64,000 bases of DNA from an uncultured Pirellulales bacterium. GTDB taxonomy: Bacteria > Planctomycetota > Phycisphaerae > Sedimentisphaerales > SM23-30. Positions 63,186 to 64,000 of this stretch are shown piece by piece. The stretch is from contig CAZOMV010000002.1 of NCBI GenBank assembly GCA_964580995.1, positions 38,904-102,903 on the forward strand, written 5' to 3'. The position numbers were made by a program, and so were the translations under genes. The notes beneath the pieces are model-generated. The model did not search any database and had not been told where the DNA came from. It saw only the letters and a list, made by a program, of their open reading frames with translations. The first letter of the stretch is position 1. The number at the start of each line of letters is the position of its first letter.

Positions 63186-64000
63186 TTACTTTTCCTTTAC
63201 ATATTCTTTCGCGGGGATCAGACTATCCACCAGCGTGTGAAGTTCCTCCTCCGTCAGTTGTCCGTTAATAGCCAGGCTGGGAAATGTACCTGCCGGTGAT
63301 TCCAGACCATAGCCGCTGCGATCCTCAGCCGGTACCAGTTGCGCACTGGTGAGTACGATTTGAGTCCACCACTTTTCCGGCCCGCCGGCCCAGACCTTAA
63401 AACCATTGGGAGAAGTATAAACCAGCCGCCCCTGCTGGAAAAATTTCCCCATTACTTTATTATACGTTTCCGCCTGCACCAGCACCACATCTCGGCTGTC
63501 TTCCGCATGATAGACCGCAAAAAACATCCGGCTGGGCGGGCTGGGCAGATCCAGACAATCCACAATCACTCGATCCTGGGTCCAGGACGGATTGATGGAA
63601 AATAGATAGGTCTCAAACCCTGCACGCTCGATCATATGTTCCACCGGCACATTCGGAATCACCATGTCGGGATTTACCGTTACCTGGTTATTCTGTCCCT
63701 GTCTGCCTGTTTCGTTGATTTCCGCCAGATTCCACGATAACGCCGGCGCCTCCACCGATTTGGTCAAAACCCGGCGGATAACCAGTTGCCTCGCCCCCGA
63801 CATCACAAACTCCATCTCCGCCGTCGTACCATCGGCCCGCACCTTAAAAAGCCAGTACGTATTCAAATCGCCGAGCAAATCCTTATACCCGACCTTATAA
63901 ATCGTAACGTCCGAGCCGTCTTCGAGCCGGCCTTCGGTAATTTCCTGGACGTTCTGCGTTTCCCCCTCCCCGAACGAATTCTGCAACCCGGCGGACAATC
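63186..64000 (-). CDS. Hypothetical protein (5' end probably beyond the window edge)
   Basis: A long ORF is open to the window end and has ordinary amino-acid composition. No motif was recognised. Confidence 0.5.
   Translation of the reverse strand, partial: LSAGLQNSFGEGETQNVQEITEGRLEDGSDVTIYKVGYKDLLGDLNTYWLFKVRADGTTAEMEFVMSGARQLVIRRVLTKSVEAPALSWNLAEINETGRQGQNNQVTVNPDMVIPNVPVEHMIERAGFETYLFSINPSWTQDRVIVDCLDLPSPPSRMFFAVYHAEDSRDVVLVQAETYNKVMGKFFQQGRLVYTSPNGFKVWAGGPEKWWTQIVLTSAQLVPAEDRSGYGLESPAGTFPSLAINGQLTEEELHTLVDSLIPAKEYVKEK

Overview
This is a 64-kb bacterial chromosomal window that is mostly GC-rich core genome. The gene content (several ECF sigma/anti-sigma pairs, HEAT-repeat proteins, a TAT-signal Gfo/Idh/MocA oxidoreductase, dockerin-like C-terminal tails) is typical of a PVC-type organism such as Planctomycetota, but this is a by-eye impression and not proven. 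Recognisable genes are: the gyrB 3' end, queG, hsp20, an HNH endonuclease, nadB, nrfHA (nitrite ammonification), DUF1015-serC, dapL, prmC, murA, an EamA transporter, a FAH-family hydrolase, glgP, gatC/gatA/gatB interrupted by an esterase gene, rpmB, PiT plus a DUF47 partner, a four-gene heavy-metal RND efflux operon, aspS, an alkaline-phosphatase-family enzyme, a cell-wall amidase, and two ECF sigma modules. No rRNA, tRNA, CRISPR array, transposase or integrase was seen. Five items stand out. (1) An AT-rich accessory island at about 9.95-14.8 kb carries a 947-aa soluble KAP-family P-loop NTPase fused to about 14 internalin-type LRRs, an NLR-like layout. It is flanked by C-depleted G-rich spacers, an exact 10-bp-phased CACGGAC repeat and a frameshifted four-helix-bundle gene. 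(2) A 91-bp dispersed intergenic element with terminal inverted repeats occurs five times, always exactly 91 bp long and 178-226 bp upstream of a start codon. (3) A tandem pair of secreted paralogs is built from an uncharacterised module of about 200 aa. (4) A near-consensus sigma-54 promoter with a candidate upstream palindrome lies in front of hsp20. (5) A 33-aa poly-Val small ORF carrying a (GTG)7 microsatellite lies upstream of nrfHA. All functional calls come from motif recognition by eye, and no database search was possible.
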